A DNA stretch of 63,496 bases, the filler included, from Pelomyxa schiedti (Eukaryota; Protista; Evosea), in assembly GCA_020536535.1 (NCBI GenBank). It is 7 parts of 7 records of this genome, joined end to end, with 100 filler letters (N's around TTAATTAATTAA, not from the genome) between each part and the next. Parts side by side here need not be neighbours in the genome. Positions count along the whole stretch, not along the records: positions 1 to 28,083 come from JAHLWZ010001025.1; 6 more parts are not named here. One strand, 5' to 3'. The notes under the pieces were generated by a model. The model was given only the letters and a program-made list of their open reading frames with translations, made no database searches and was not told the origin of the DNA. Shown here one piece after another: positions 1-14,146 of the stretch (the first letter of the stretch is position 1; the number at the start of each line of letters is the position of its first letter). A program made the translations under genes and the position numbers.

Positions 1-10
1 GCGTATTAAA

Positions 11-1284
<1,274 letters not shown>

Positions 1285-1287
1285 GTC

Positions 1288-1387
1288 NNNNNNNNNNNNN
1301 NNNNNNNNNNNNNNNNNNNNNNNNNNNNNNNNNNNNNNNNNNNNNNNNNNNNNNNNNNNNNNNNNNNNNNNNNNNNNNNNNNNNNNN
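1288..1387. other. 100-N scaffolding gap with ~120-nt duplicated flanks (also 6847-6946, 18989-19088, 34148-34247, 45657-45756; 53508-53607 shows no visible duplication)
   Basis: Sequence after the gap exactly repeats the sequence before it. Confidence 0.95.
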
Positions 1388-1388
1388 T

Positions 1389-1502
<114 letters not shown>

Positions 1503-1690
1503 TGAGTCCAATATTGGCTACAAAATAAAAAAAAAACCTCAATCCGCAAACTTGTTTTCGAAACAAAGGGTTTTGCAGTTTGCAACTCCTACGAAGGGAC
1601 CTGAATTGGCTTATTTTCCAGTCTCTGTGGTGCTCCATGATTTCTCTGAATGTGCGTGAACAATTTGGAGGCAAGACAGTTTGTGTTTGA

Positions 1691-1722
1691 CATGTGGCAT
1701 GTGGCATGTGGCATGTGGCATG
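1691..1722. repeat. Tandem heptamer (CATGTGG) x4.5
   Basis: catgtggcatgtggcatgtggcatgtggcatg, about 95 nt upstream of the second cathepsin ATG. Confidence 0.9.
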
Positions 1723-1817
1723 TTAAGTTGCCGGCTGTGATGTTTTATCAACTTCAAAAATGAAAGACTGTCAAACAACAAGTATAAACAAAAGCAACAA
1801 CAGCATATCCGCACCAG

Positions 1818-3139
<1,322 letters not shown>

Positions 3140-3213
3140 AATTGAAGTTATATTGTAAGCCTTTCTTATCCTTGAGTTTGTTTGTTGGGAAAAGTGACTG
3201 CACTGTCCTCAAT

Positions 3214-5095
3214 TCAATGAATCATAAACCTGCTGTACCGTAGTAGTGAAAGCTTGCCTGTATTAATTGCGTCAAATGAATAGAAATTCAGAAAATGGAA
3301 GAATGCAACAGCATACTGAATATCATGAATTGAGGTTCCTCTGGCAGGATAGACCCTGTTTGTGAGAAGAATGGCAATGACTGACCTGTCAAGGTCCCCA
3401 CAGAGCAAAGTTCCTGTGTAGCCACTGTGCATGAAAGTGTTTTCTGCAAGAGTGCCGCACTCATTATCCCAGCCCTGATCTGTTTTGATTGTCTGGGTGT
3501 GAGCTCCGGTTTTGTTTTCCTTTGAATTTTGGGATGAACCTTCCACTGTGTAATCGTTTGTGTTCCAACCAATGGCACGGCTGCTTTGAGAGTGATTGTA
3601 CTCCTTGGTCCAATACTGCGATGTGGTCTTATTCAACAATGAATCCGTGTCGGATGCAAACATCCACCTTTCTGATGTCAAAAAATATCCTCACATGAAC
3701 TCCAGACAAAAATACCTTTCCGCTAATCCAAGTACATCGTAAGCTGTGGAAAACACACCAGCATGTCCAGATATTCCACCCATGGCATACGCGTTTTCGT
3801 CATGAACTTGCCCCTACAGTAGTCAATGAGAAATAATCACAAAGAAAAAGTAAGATTGTACCTGGACAACTTTATGCCTGTACCAGGTGTCATTCTCTGT
3901 TGGAGCACAGGAAGCCCAGAGTGTCGTTGGTGGCAGGTACCTTGCAATTTAACTAAATTCAAAAGGAACAATAAATGGGAGCTGATTCAGGAGGAATGGA
4001 ATTCATACATAGTTGATTGCATTTCAAATGCAGAGAACACATATTTGCGTGCATAAGCCTCGTAGTAACATTGCTCTTCACCGGGAGCTCCCACTGGGCA
4101 TGTTGATATCACATCAGCTTCTGTGACATATCTTTTTCAATCTTACATTGCATTTTTATTAGCTCCCGGAATACCCAAGATCGTGAGCAAGTCGACCAAC
4201 ACAGTACATCATTGTAATCATGCTTTGCGGAGTAAGCGCGGATTACGGGGGGGAAACCAGACCTCAAATCTGAGTAGAGGTAAAGTGCTCCCACTGGGTT
4301 TTGCAGAACCTGGTCCAATAGTGCCTGGTAAATCTGAGATTGGCATGTAAAGACTGTATCAGGAGAGTATTTCGAACTCTCTGGACAACCAAAGTCCACG
4401 GTTGCTGTATTTTGTTCGTAATGAAAAAAGTGAAGTAACTATCAATACAGTAGCCAGGTGAGGGATCGGCAGGGAATCCAGCATTATGTAAAAGCAGATT
4501 TAGGAGGGTTATTTCTCCTTTTCCATTGGCCTCAAATCCAGGAAGAAGAGATGCCACCTTGGTATCTTCCAAGTAAGGGAATTAGTTCACACCTTTTAGA
4601 TTTAATCTCTTTACCTAAAGCCACTTCGCCCCTCTGGTAGAACTGCGCAATTGACGTTGTAGCAGCTTAATACAAATGAGTGAAGAAGGAAAAAGAGAGA
4701 AAGAAGTACCTATTACTTTGGAGATACTGGCCATATCAAAAATTGTCTGTGGTTACTCAGAATGGAGGGAAAAAAACCAAACGAAAAGTACCTCCATTTG
4801 CATGGGTGGGTTTTCACCAGGGTTTTGTGGAGGGGGAATTCCATAAGTGTAATTGCCGAGGGCCACTTCATATAGGACACCCCTCTTATCAGCTACAAGA
4901 GCAACACACCCTAGACCCCCAATGCTTAGCAAACCAAAGTAGAGATATTTCTCTTAGAATGCTCGTACCTGGGAAGTAGTGGTCCGCAATTGCAGACTGC
5001 AAAATTGCAGTGACGTCATCCCACGTTTTAGTGGCACCCTCGCACCACATTCCCATCATCACAACAAAGACGCCGAGAAACACAACGCTCTTCAT
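3214..5095 (-). CDS. Secreted beta-lactamase-fold serine hydrolase (AmiE/YbbE-like)
   Basis: Signal peptide; FDMASISK (SxxK), LLLHNAG, YLYSD, GQVHDENAYAMGGISGHAGVFSTA, HSGYTG, LLTNRVYP. Confidence 0.88.
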
Positions 5096-5195
5096 CGTTT
5101 TCTCTTCCCCTGTTGTTTTCGTTTTGAAAGAAACCGATCAAGAAGGTGCACGAAATCAAAACCAAAAAAACAAATTGAACTTCAGAAGCCGAAGG

Positions 5196-7218
5196 ATGCT
5201 GGGGGAGACACACAGGGGCCTGGTGAGTGTCAGGACTGTGATGGTAGTCTTTGGACTCACGTGGATCTGCGTGAACTTTGTTGTGTGGACAATCTACAGC
5301 CCCTCCCTGTCCTCGCCAATGAGAGGAGGTCTGTCCTCGCTGTTGATGTTCCGGTCACGTGGTCCCTTCAATCAAGAGGAACAACAACGGCCGTCTCACG
5401 TGACCTTTGTCAGGGGAAAATACCGAGACGCTGCACTCGGGTCCGAGTCCCATAATTCGGCCTCGGCGAGAGAGTCTTCTGCGCCGCTTTGTTGTTCTGG
5501 TGACGGTTCGTTTGCCAAGGGTGAAATGCAAGAGGGTGGAGGGAGGACTTGGAATGAATATAAGGTGTGCAGGGACATTGACGTGGTTTACACATGGGTG
5601 AATGGAAGTGATCCAGCTCACAGGATAGAGCTTAGCAAGTAAGGTTTGCATTTCGTTGGTTGATTTTTTTTTTTCCCCAAAATGGGTGGTTCTGGGGAAT
5701 TACTTACAGGAAAATAGGTACAGGAAGGGGACCTCGTGGAATGGAATGTTTAGAGATTATGGTGTACTGCGGTTCTCCATGAGGTCAATTGCTGCATTTA
5801 TGCCTTATGTTCGTGACGTCATCATAGTAACAAATGGTCAAGTATGGATTCCACTTTCGGGATACAAAAATTCCAACTTGACTTGTAAGGTTCCCACTTG
5901 GCTAAATACCAGCGCAACGGGAATAAGGATTGTGACTCACAAGGAGATTTTCCATAATTCAAGTGATCTTCCTACTTTCAATTCTAATGCAATCGAAGCA
6001 AACTTGCACAACATTCCTGGTAATTTCCTCTCTCGTTTTTATTGAACTCACTGAATGTCTAGGAATCGCAGAGTGTTTCCTGTACATGAATGATGACTTC
6101 TTCCTTGTAAAGTTTTTCTTTTTCACTTCTCTCCTTACGTTATAGGCAAGATGAGAGATACACCAAGAACGCACTGGGTTGATGAAGAAACAGGAAAAAT
6201 AAAAGTTTATAAGCAATTCCCACTCTCACTCCCACTAAGATTTATTAGGTTTACATGGAAGGTGGAAAGTATGCCTATTATTGGGTTTTTTTTGTGCTGT
6301 TCTGACTTGTTGAATATAGAGCTCCACAAGCAGACAAAGGGGGCTGGTTTAAGTCTGTTGCACACTCTAATGAGATCATAAATAAATACTACCGACCAAA
6401 TGAAAACCGGAGCAACCCAACAAGGCACCACTATGTTGGGCATTACTGCTACTTCACCCTCACTGAAATTGCTGACTTGATGTACAGCAGATGGCAATCA
6501 GGTACACCCTATTTTTTCACCATTTTTCTTAAAACCAACTCCTCCTATAGAGTTTGACCGGACTTCACATAATAAGTAGTAAATTGCTCACCCAAGTAGA
6601 AAATCTAACTGCCACAGGTTTCGTCAGAATAATGATACAGCATTTCCGTTTTTGAATGCTAATGTTGCTCTGGAAGAGAACCAAGCAATTGTAGTTCTTT
6701 CCAAGCCTGTTCATGGTTCTTTTTGTAAATTTACAAATTTTTAAATAGATATCAAAGGCACCAAATGGGCATTCATCATGGACATCAAACACCACAAAGA
6801 ACACCAAAACATGGGATACCATCATGTCCCGGTCACCATTCTGTGTNNNNNNNNNNNNNNNNNNNNNNNNNNNNNNNNNNNNNNNNNNNNNNNNNNNNNN
6901 NNNNNNNNNNNNNNNNNNNNNNNNNNNNNNNNNNNNNNNNNNNNNNTAAATTTACAAATTTTTAAATAGATATCAAAGGCACCAAATGGGCATTCATCAT
7001 GGACATCAAACACCACAAAGAACACCAAAACATGGGATACCATCATGTCCCGGTCACCATTCTGTGTATGCTTACAGGACCGCTTTAATGACAATGCAAC
7101 AGCCGTAGATATTGAAATTGCTCACTTAGAATCGTTGCTCTGTGAGACATTTCCCTCCCCAAGTCGTTTTGAAAGAATGGACGTGTCCAATCCTTGTAGT
7201 AATGTTCAAAAGCACTAA
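5196..7218 (+). CDS. Stealth-family hexose-1-phosphate transferase (GlcNAc-1-phosphotransferase-like), type II membrane protein
   Basis: N-terminal TM; CR1 IDVVYTWVNGSDP; CR2 LRFSMRSI..VPTWLN..IRIVTHKEIF..LPTFNSNAIEANLHNIPG..FLYMNDDFFL; CR4 CVCLQD..FPSPSRFE. Spans the gap at 6847-6946. Confidence 0.92.
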
Positions 7219-7235
7219 AAATTTTTTTATTTCTT

Positions 7236-8937
7236 TTAGGCAAAGAGGTTGTCGAGAAATTCCACACAATCAGCTTGACCCTGTGAAACAACAATTTCTT
7301 TCTTTGAGCCAGGTTTCACCAACGCAAAAGCCTCGCCCAGTGTGAATTTTATTGTGCCAGAACCAGTTGACTTGGGTAAAACACATACTACTGGAACATG
7401 AAGAATTGACTCTCCACCACCTCTCACGTAGTTCTGAAGAACAGTTTCTGGGGGGTCTGTCCAAACACAAGCATTGGATGTAATAAATACGGGCATCTCT
7501 TCAGCTTCTATTGGCTCCAGCAAATCGGCGCCAGAGGGAGACCATTGGTGGGTCGCGGCACCAGGGGATTGAAGGATTTCATAGGGGGATGGAGGTGGCT
7601 TGGTCCTCTCTTCTGTTGTATATGACCCAGCGGCACGTGATTGCCTCTTGTGAATATATGAAACAAGCTTTTCCAGTCGTGGAATTTGGGTTCTCTTGCC
7701 AACAGCCATGACAGATACCGGAGAAGCAACAGGATTTGCACGGAGCATGGATGGACTAGTATCTGTAGATAGTACCATTGGAGCACGGGGGAATGCCTTT
7801 GGTGATGTGTGCGGTGACTCCAGAACAGTATCTTCACCATCAATGTATACAGTGTCAGCAATAGGGTGCCCATTGAATACAGTATTCAATATGTACCTCT
7901 GTATAGCAGAAGACATAACAGCAGCGCGGCTAAAAGCAAAAACCACAGCAGTGCCAACCGGTGCATTCCACAGGTTGGCTGGGATTACGCTCTTTAGGTC
8001 AACTTCTTTCCTGGTCTGATACGGTACATCATCTCCTCCTTCCAGTGCCATCCTGTCCAATTTAGATAGCAAGGTGTATATCTCCTTTTTCGCCCCGGTT
8101 CTCTTCCCACACTCCCTTTCCTCGCAGCAACATCCACCCCCATTATAGACAAGCCTGATATCAGCCATATCAGACCACATAGCGGACATAGCAACAAAGT
8201 CATCCCAGCCACTAGCAAGTTCAGTAGGAGTAGGATCATTCAGGAAGAAAACATCAAAGGATCGATCCCATTCCTCCATTCCAGCTTCTTGCCCCTCTTC
8301 TTCTCCATTATCCCCTTCCTCCATACTGTTTGTAATAGGTTTTGGAGCCTTTGGGTTTCTTCTGGTTATTGAAACGTTGGGACGACTCTCTATTGAAGCT
8401 GGCCGGGTCAATTTGGTGATGTGCAACTTCCCATAACAGTTTGACAGCATGCATAGAATTCCGGAACACTGGAAGTCGCACCGGCCCGAGCCCATCCAGT
8501 TGCTGCGGTATTCAATCTCGGCCTCGAGTGGCATCATTCCGTTCAGCTTCCTCAGCTCCTCAACTTTCTTCTCTGGCATTTCAAAGATGCATTCCTCCTT
8601 TACGGTGCCACCCTCGCTCTGCCTTGTGCTCGTGCTCTTCGAGGCTCCTCTGCTGGAAGTGTAATGGGAACGGTGGTGTTAAAAACCAGCAAGCAAACAC
8701 TGGCAGGAAGATTATGGGTGGGGAGGGAGTAGAACGTGCGAATTCAGTCATGGACACATACCCAGGGGAGGTTGTGTAGTAGTAGAACGAAATGTATACG
8801 CTGGTGGATCCACAGCCCCCACCAATTGAGTACCGGTACGACCGCCACACCACCTTGGTTTTGGCAATAATGGGAGCAGTGGGTGCCGTTGTTGACGACG
8901 CAGTGCTGCTAGTTGTTTGAGCTGCTGCTGACGACAT
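7236..8937 (-). CDS. Hypothetical protein, 1 intron (~8662-8760)
   Basis: 447-aa ORF extends in frame to ATG 8937 through a GTATGT...CCAG intron; no family recognised. Confidence 0.7.
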
Positions 8938-9204
8938 GTTATTTTTTTGTTCTCCTTTCAGAAACCGAAACGACGCACAGTTGTGAGAAACCCGTGTTCT
9001 GATCAGCCCATGTTTCTGGGAGAACAAATTCACATTCTTTGCTGTTGAGTGATGAGCATGCAGAGGAGAAAGGACCTCTGCCACTGTGTCAGACCTTCCA
9101 TCAGAGCACTTGGAATTACCTGAAATCAGAATCGGGAAAAACTGCAGAATGGCTGGAACAACACGATGGTACCCAAAATCCAACAAACAACAAAGCAAAA
9201 CATC

Positions 9205-10523
9205 ATGTCGTTGGAAGCACTGCTGCAAAGACGGGCAGGGATCAAGAAGGCACCCACGCCAATCGACGACACTGAGGAGCTATTTGCTTGCTTCTCTCAG
9301 TCACATTCGTCCTCGTCCACGTCGACCACGACGCCATCGCCTACATCGGCGGCTACTCCCACAATTGTGAACGGGCCAGTGCGGCGCGGCTGGATGTCGG
9401 GAATGTGGCGGACTGCAAAAGAAGCCCGGGAGTCCATTTCCGAGCTGTGCGGGCATCAAATTGTGCCCCCATTCTGGCCGCCTCCTGAGCAATTTGGTGG
9501 CCCGATTGGGGCCGCAGACAGCGCACTGAGGGTCCTTTTGGCACCAAAGCCAAAAGTCCCATCATCGGAATCCAGTGGGAGTTCTTCCTGCTGGGTTCCA
9601 AGTGAGAGACTGACGGATTTGAAGAGGATTCGTGATGGGACTTTGGCAAAACTGGAGGCCTCTGGAGTGGATCCCGAGTCTCTCAAGGTGGTTCTATTAA
9701 TTGCTCCTGGGGGAGCTCCTGTAACAAGATATTGTTTTGGGAGAGAGGAAGGTATCACTATGACTTTTCATCTTTTTTTATCTATTTCTCTCAGAGGGAA
9801 ATTAATTGCACTCTTTCAATAGAGGCGATTCAATCGCAGTTTACTCTGGCAAAGAACCATGGAATGCTATTTGATGCTGTTCCTCTCTTTGCTGGTGACT
9901 TCAGTGGAAATAGCCTTGCTGCAATGACAGCTGTTATTGGTGCTGCCGTATATTCAAAGCTGATGCAGCGGGATGCCGGGATGTGCAAGGTCGACGGAAT
10001 CTTATTTGGTAGCAAAGGTACAGCCCCAGTTGCCCTGGGAGTGATGCAATACTGCAAGCAACAAGGCAGCAAAGCATTGCCAATACCTTTGATCGGAATG
10101 GGAACAGACATGCAGTAATACTCCCCCTTCTTATCCTCCTCCTTTTACCAATCACCGCACCCCAGATACATGTACAACAACTGCTCTCCACTCCAAATGA
10201 CCGTGGATGATATCAGCCGGCTCTCACCAATTCTCATGGTCAACAGCAAACAAGATACCAGCCTAGACGGAACCAGCAGAGAATCCCTGGAGCGGTTCAT
10301 ATCCACCATCCCCCCATCACCGCTCCCCAACCGGCAGTCACGTGAAGTGCTGCTGGATGTTGAGGCCAACTACAGGGAGTGGTTCCCGAATCCATACAAG
10401 CCCGATGAGCCATTCCCACACCACGGGTGGTTCATTGGTGCATTTTCAGATGCCACTTCTTACGTCACCCTTGCACAGGCAATACTCCTGCCCCTCATTG
10501 CCCAATTCACAGCTTCCAATTGA
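9205..10523 (+). CDS. Hypothetical protein, 2 introns
   Basis: Three long ORF blocks join in frame through GT-AG introns near 9752-9822 and 10115-10165. Confidence 0.7.
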
Positions 10524-10560
10524 AAAAAACACATAGAAGAAATGGAAAAGTGTTTTTTTT

Positions 10561-13500
10561 TTAGAGGAGGTCTGGGTTGGGTACAGAGGAGGCACGCCCA
10601 CCATCCATATCAAGGCCAACCACCATCCCTGTGGTTCTGGTGTTGTCCAGTCCACCACAGGGTTGTTTGTTGAGGAAGAACCTGATCCTGCCGTCAGTGG
10701 CACCAGGCACAATGTACACGCCAAAAGTACACGGCACTGGAGGTGTACCGAGACCGTCATTTTTAAAGACGGTAGACCCCTTGCGCATAGACCCATTGGC
10801 TAGGCAGTGGGTGAGAGATTGCGGGTCTTTCCGTATGTCAGACCTTTCGGCGCTGCGTACGTCAGTCACGCCAATGTGGCCGCAGCAGTCCCTTCTCTCG
10901 ACCTTCACCTCAAAATAGGTGGGTACTTTGATCTCCTGTGAGGATGTGATCACAGTACGGCCTTGGCCTTTTGGAGTCTCAACCGTGTACCCCGAGTCAG
11001 TGACGGTCCAGCGGGGGCCCTGCCTACCATCCCAGGCAAACCTCTCGCATGCCACTGGGGTAGAGTGAGAAAAAAAAAGGGGTAGGTGGGAGAAAGGGGG
11101 GGGCACTAGTGGCTAACCTCCCCCAATGAAGAGAGAAAACGGGGACCCGGCTATGTGCGCGAATGTGGCACCATGATCGAGGGTGCCTTCCACGCTGATA
11201 CTGCTCCACCCAATCACATTTTGTGATGAGAGGGTGACTATGTGCTCTGTATTTTCCACAGACGCTGTGACTTGGCCTTGAGCACTTTTCCCGAGTGCCG
11301 GACCAACTGTTGTTTTCAATTGTAGCATTCCTGGACCCAGTTGGCTCTTCTCAACAGGTTTCCCTTCTTGGTCAAAAAGCTGTGGACTGTTAACAATGCC
11401 GTACAACCCCGGATTTTGTGTTACCTGCAGTTGCAACTTCAGAGTCGAGTTGAGAGCAACATATCCAGGAAAATCTTTGAATGTGCACTTCGAAACATCC
11501 ACCTGTGTTGCCAAGAGTTTCACAGGGGAGTCACCGATTGGAATCCATTGATCTCGCTGATGTTGGTCCAGGTTTCGAAGCCCTGGCCGCTTGTACTTCC
11601 CTTCCACATACAATAAGTGCGGGCCTGGCTGTGTTGCGCGGAATGAAATTGAAGTAGCACTTTGACTCTCAGTCCACTGATCATCCGTAACTCGGGCGTC
11701 GTGGGGCACAACTGCATACCTCAGAAGGATCAAATCCGGTAACACTTTGATTTGATCCTCTGATATTTTTTCACCGGTCACAAATTTGGGCTGCCAGTGA
11801 ATGAGTGACAGTGAAGTTAAAGTTGGGTACTTCAATAATGATTGTCGTCAATGTTCCCACATTGCAGCAAGTTGGTACACCTGAAGTCACTGTTTTACTC
11901 AAATCAATGTCTGAAGTAGAAGTGAGTGCACAAGATTTTAAAGTAACTACAACCTTGGACATTGACACTGCTAATTATAACAGCCCCAATATTGATGGAA
12001 TGGTGTCCACTTTTATGTGGCACCCAGTGAATCACTGCTTCCGGTGGTATCACTTCTCCAGTGTTCCCTGTTGGAGTGCTTTTCCATTTGACTTGAATGG
12101 GATCTAATTCAAGGCTCAATTCTTCAGTGGGGAGAAAAAAATAGAAGATAAGAAAACCTGAGGAGAGCTGATTGCAACATATGGTGAAATTCAAGCGCTC
12201 GAGTGAAGGTACAATGAGAAGGCCTGGAACCGGGGAGCCACACAGATCGGCAAGATGTGACACGGCTACGGTTACTTCGGCTGGCAACCCAACGAGTGGT
12301 ACTTTTGGCTGAATTGCTGCCAACAATTTGCTTTTTGTCAAATCTACTCCTGAAAGTAATTGAGTCGCTCTTGGATAGGTGTCGTCAATTGCGTGAAGTA
12401 CCAAAGCTTATGGTGCCAAATTGATTCACTTCACCAGGGCACTGAAGATTGGAACTAAAGTAGACTTCAGGTGAACAACACGGGTCCAAGAGAGCCTACA
12501 GAAGTGAGAAATGCTAGAGTATTAATATTTTCGTTTTGAATTTAAATTACTTTGAACTGTAATGCAGAGTCCAATTTAACTGCAGTATTATCAAAGCTAG
12601 TGCACAATTGAAGAGAATCAATGGAATTCGCAAGGAGTTTAGCTGCTGATGAGCTGGCATTCAGAAGTAGGCACTGTTTCTCAAAAAAATCTTGCTGCGC
12701 TGCAAGAAGATCATCTTTTATTGTTGGTTTGTGGTCAGATATTCGAATTTCCAGTGTGAAGTGCGTATACCAGTGGACTGCTCAATTTGTTCGGTTTCAT
12801 CAAGCAGAACCTGCCTTCGCCTCTCAATCAACTTGGCTACCTCGTCAAATTTCTCGTTCATTTCTTTCCTTAATGCTGTGCATGTCTAGTGAGTGTCACA
12901 AAGCACATGTGAGGATATGGTTCAAACTTTTTCGAGGTTTCCTCTTGTGGTGCCAATTTGGGAGATTGATGACTTTATTTCTGTTGCTTTCCCGTCAATC
13001 TTTGCTGCCTGTGTGAGTACTGTTTGCCTCATTTCCTCCGTAGCTTTTGTCAACAGAACTGAAGGGTGAGGAGCTCCCGATTGTTGATCTTGATGAGCAG
13101 GGTTGCGCAGGCACATGTAACACACAGGCACCCGGTCCTTTGTACACAAAAATTCAAAAGGTTTTCCGTGCTCCAAGCATCGTTGTATTGGAGCCGTTCT
13201 ACAGAGAGCAGGTTCAGAACCCCAAATGTGGAAAAAAATCGAGGGGGATGCATACTGTTGTTCTGAGAGAAGAGTCAATGCCAACTGCAGTGAGAAGTGA
13301 GAAGGGAGTCAAAAAGTAATACATAGAAAAAAGAGAGCAGTCACAGGATGGTCAGCACCCTTGGCGTGCATTTTTTTTGTAGCAGCTGCGCATTTTGGAC
13401 TTTTGCACACGAGCACCCCACACGTGCACCGGTATTCCGAGGGTCTCTTCTCACATATGTCGCAAACTGAAGATGTTTTCTGTTGCTCCAAATACAGCTC

Positions 13501-14034
13501 AACTTTGGTTCGTGTTTCCATATCCGTCTACAAACAGAATCTTTAGGGGGTTGGAGGCCAGCGCATTTTTGAACACCTGTAATGCGTTGACACCCTTGTC
13601 AACAGGGACTCCAGTTTTTTCTCCGCACACAGGGCACTCAATAAACACACAATTGGTTCCGCTGGCTGCGCTGTCCACCGCTTTTATGCCAACCCCTTTC
13701 CCCTCCTCAAACACAGTTTTGCCCTTCTGTTCACAAATTCAGCGGGCCCTGGAACCCCGAAAGAAAAAAAAAACCCATAAGTTTTCGTGCACACCATGAG
13801 GTACGTTGGAGGCGTCGCCCCGGGGTCGCTGGTGAGGGCCACCAACTTGGCCAGCGACGCGGCGCGCTCGACGAGCAGCTTGGCGCAGGGGGCCCGGCAC
13901 AGGTTGGCGTGCCCGCACGACAGCGAGACAGGGTCCCTTATTGTCCCACAACACACTCCGCATCTGACACTCGATGGCGGCACAACAGCGCCGCCGTTGG
14001 CTGCTACTGCTGCGCCTGTGGTTCCCGCCGACAT
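10561..14034 (-). CDS. TRIM-like protein: RING, B-box1, B-box2, coiled coil, filamin/Ig-like repeats, SPRY-like domain
   Basis: CGVC..CGHANLCRAPC..CPVC; CDICEKRPSEYRCTCGVLVC..H..H; CLEHGKPFEFLCTKDRVPVCYMC..H; filamin-type ends IGDSPVKL and HIAGSPFSLFI; YFEVKVE..HIGVT..FGVY..IRFFLNKQPCG. Confidence 0.85.
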
Positions 14035-14146
14035 TTTCGCTTTGGGTTTTTGTTGGTTCTCAGGGAGAAACTTTCGTCGTTTTTTGTTTCCGTTGGAACG
14101 GCCCGCAGGGAACCCAAGTTGGGTGTTGGGCTGTGGTGGGTGGGGG

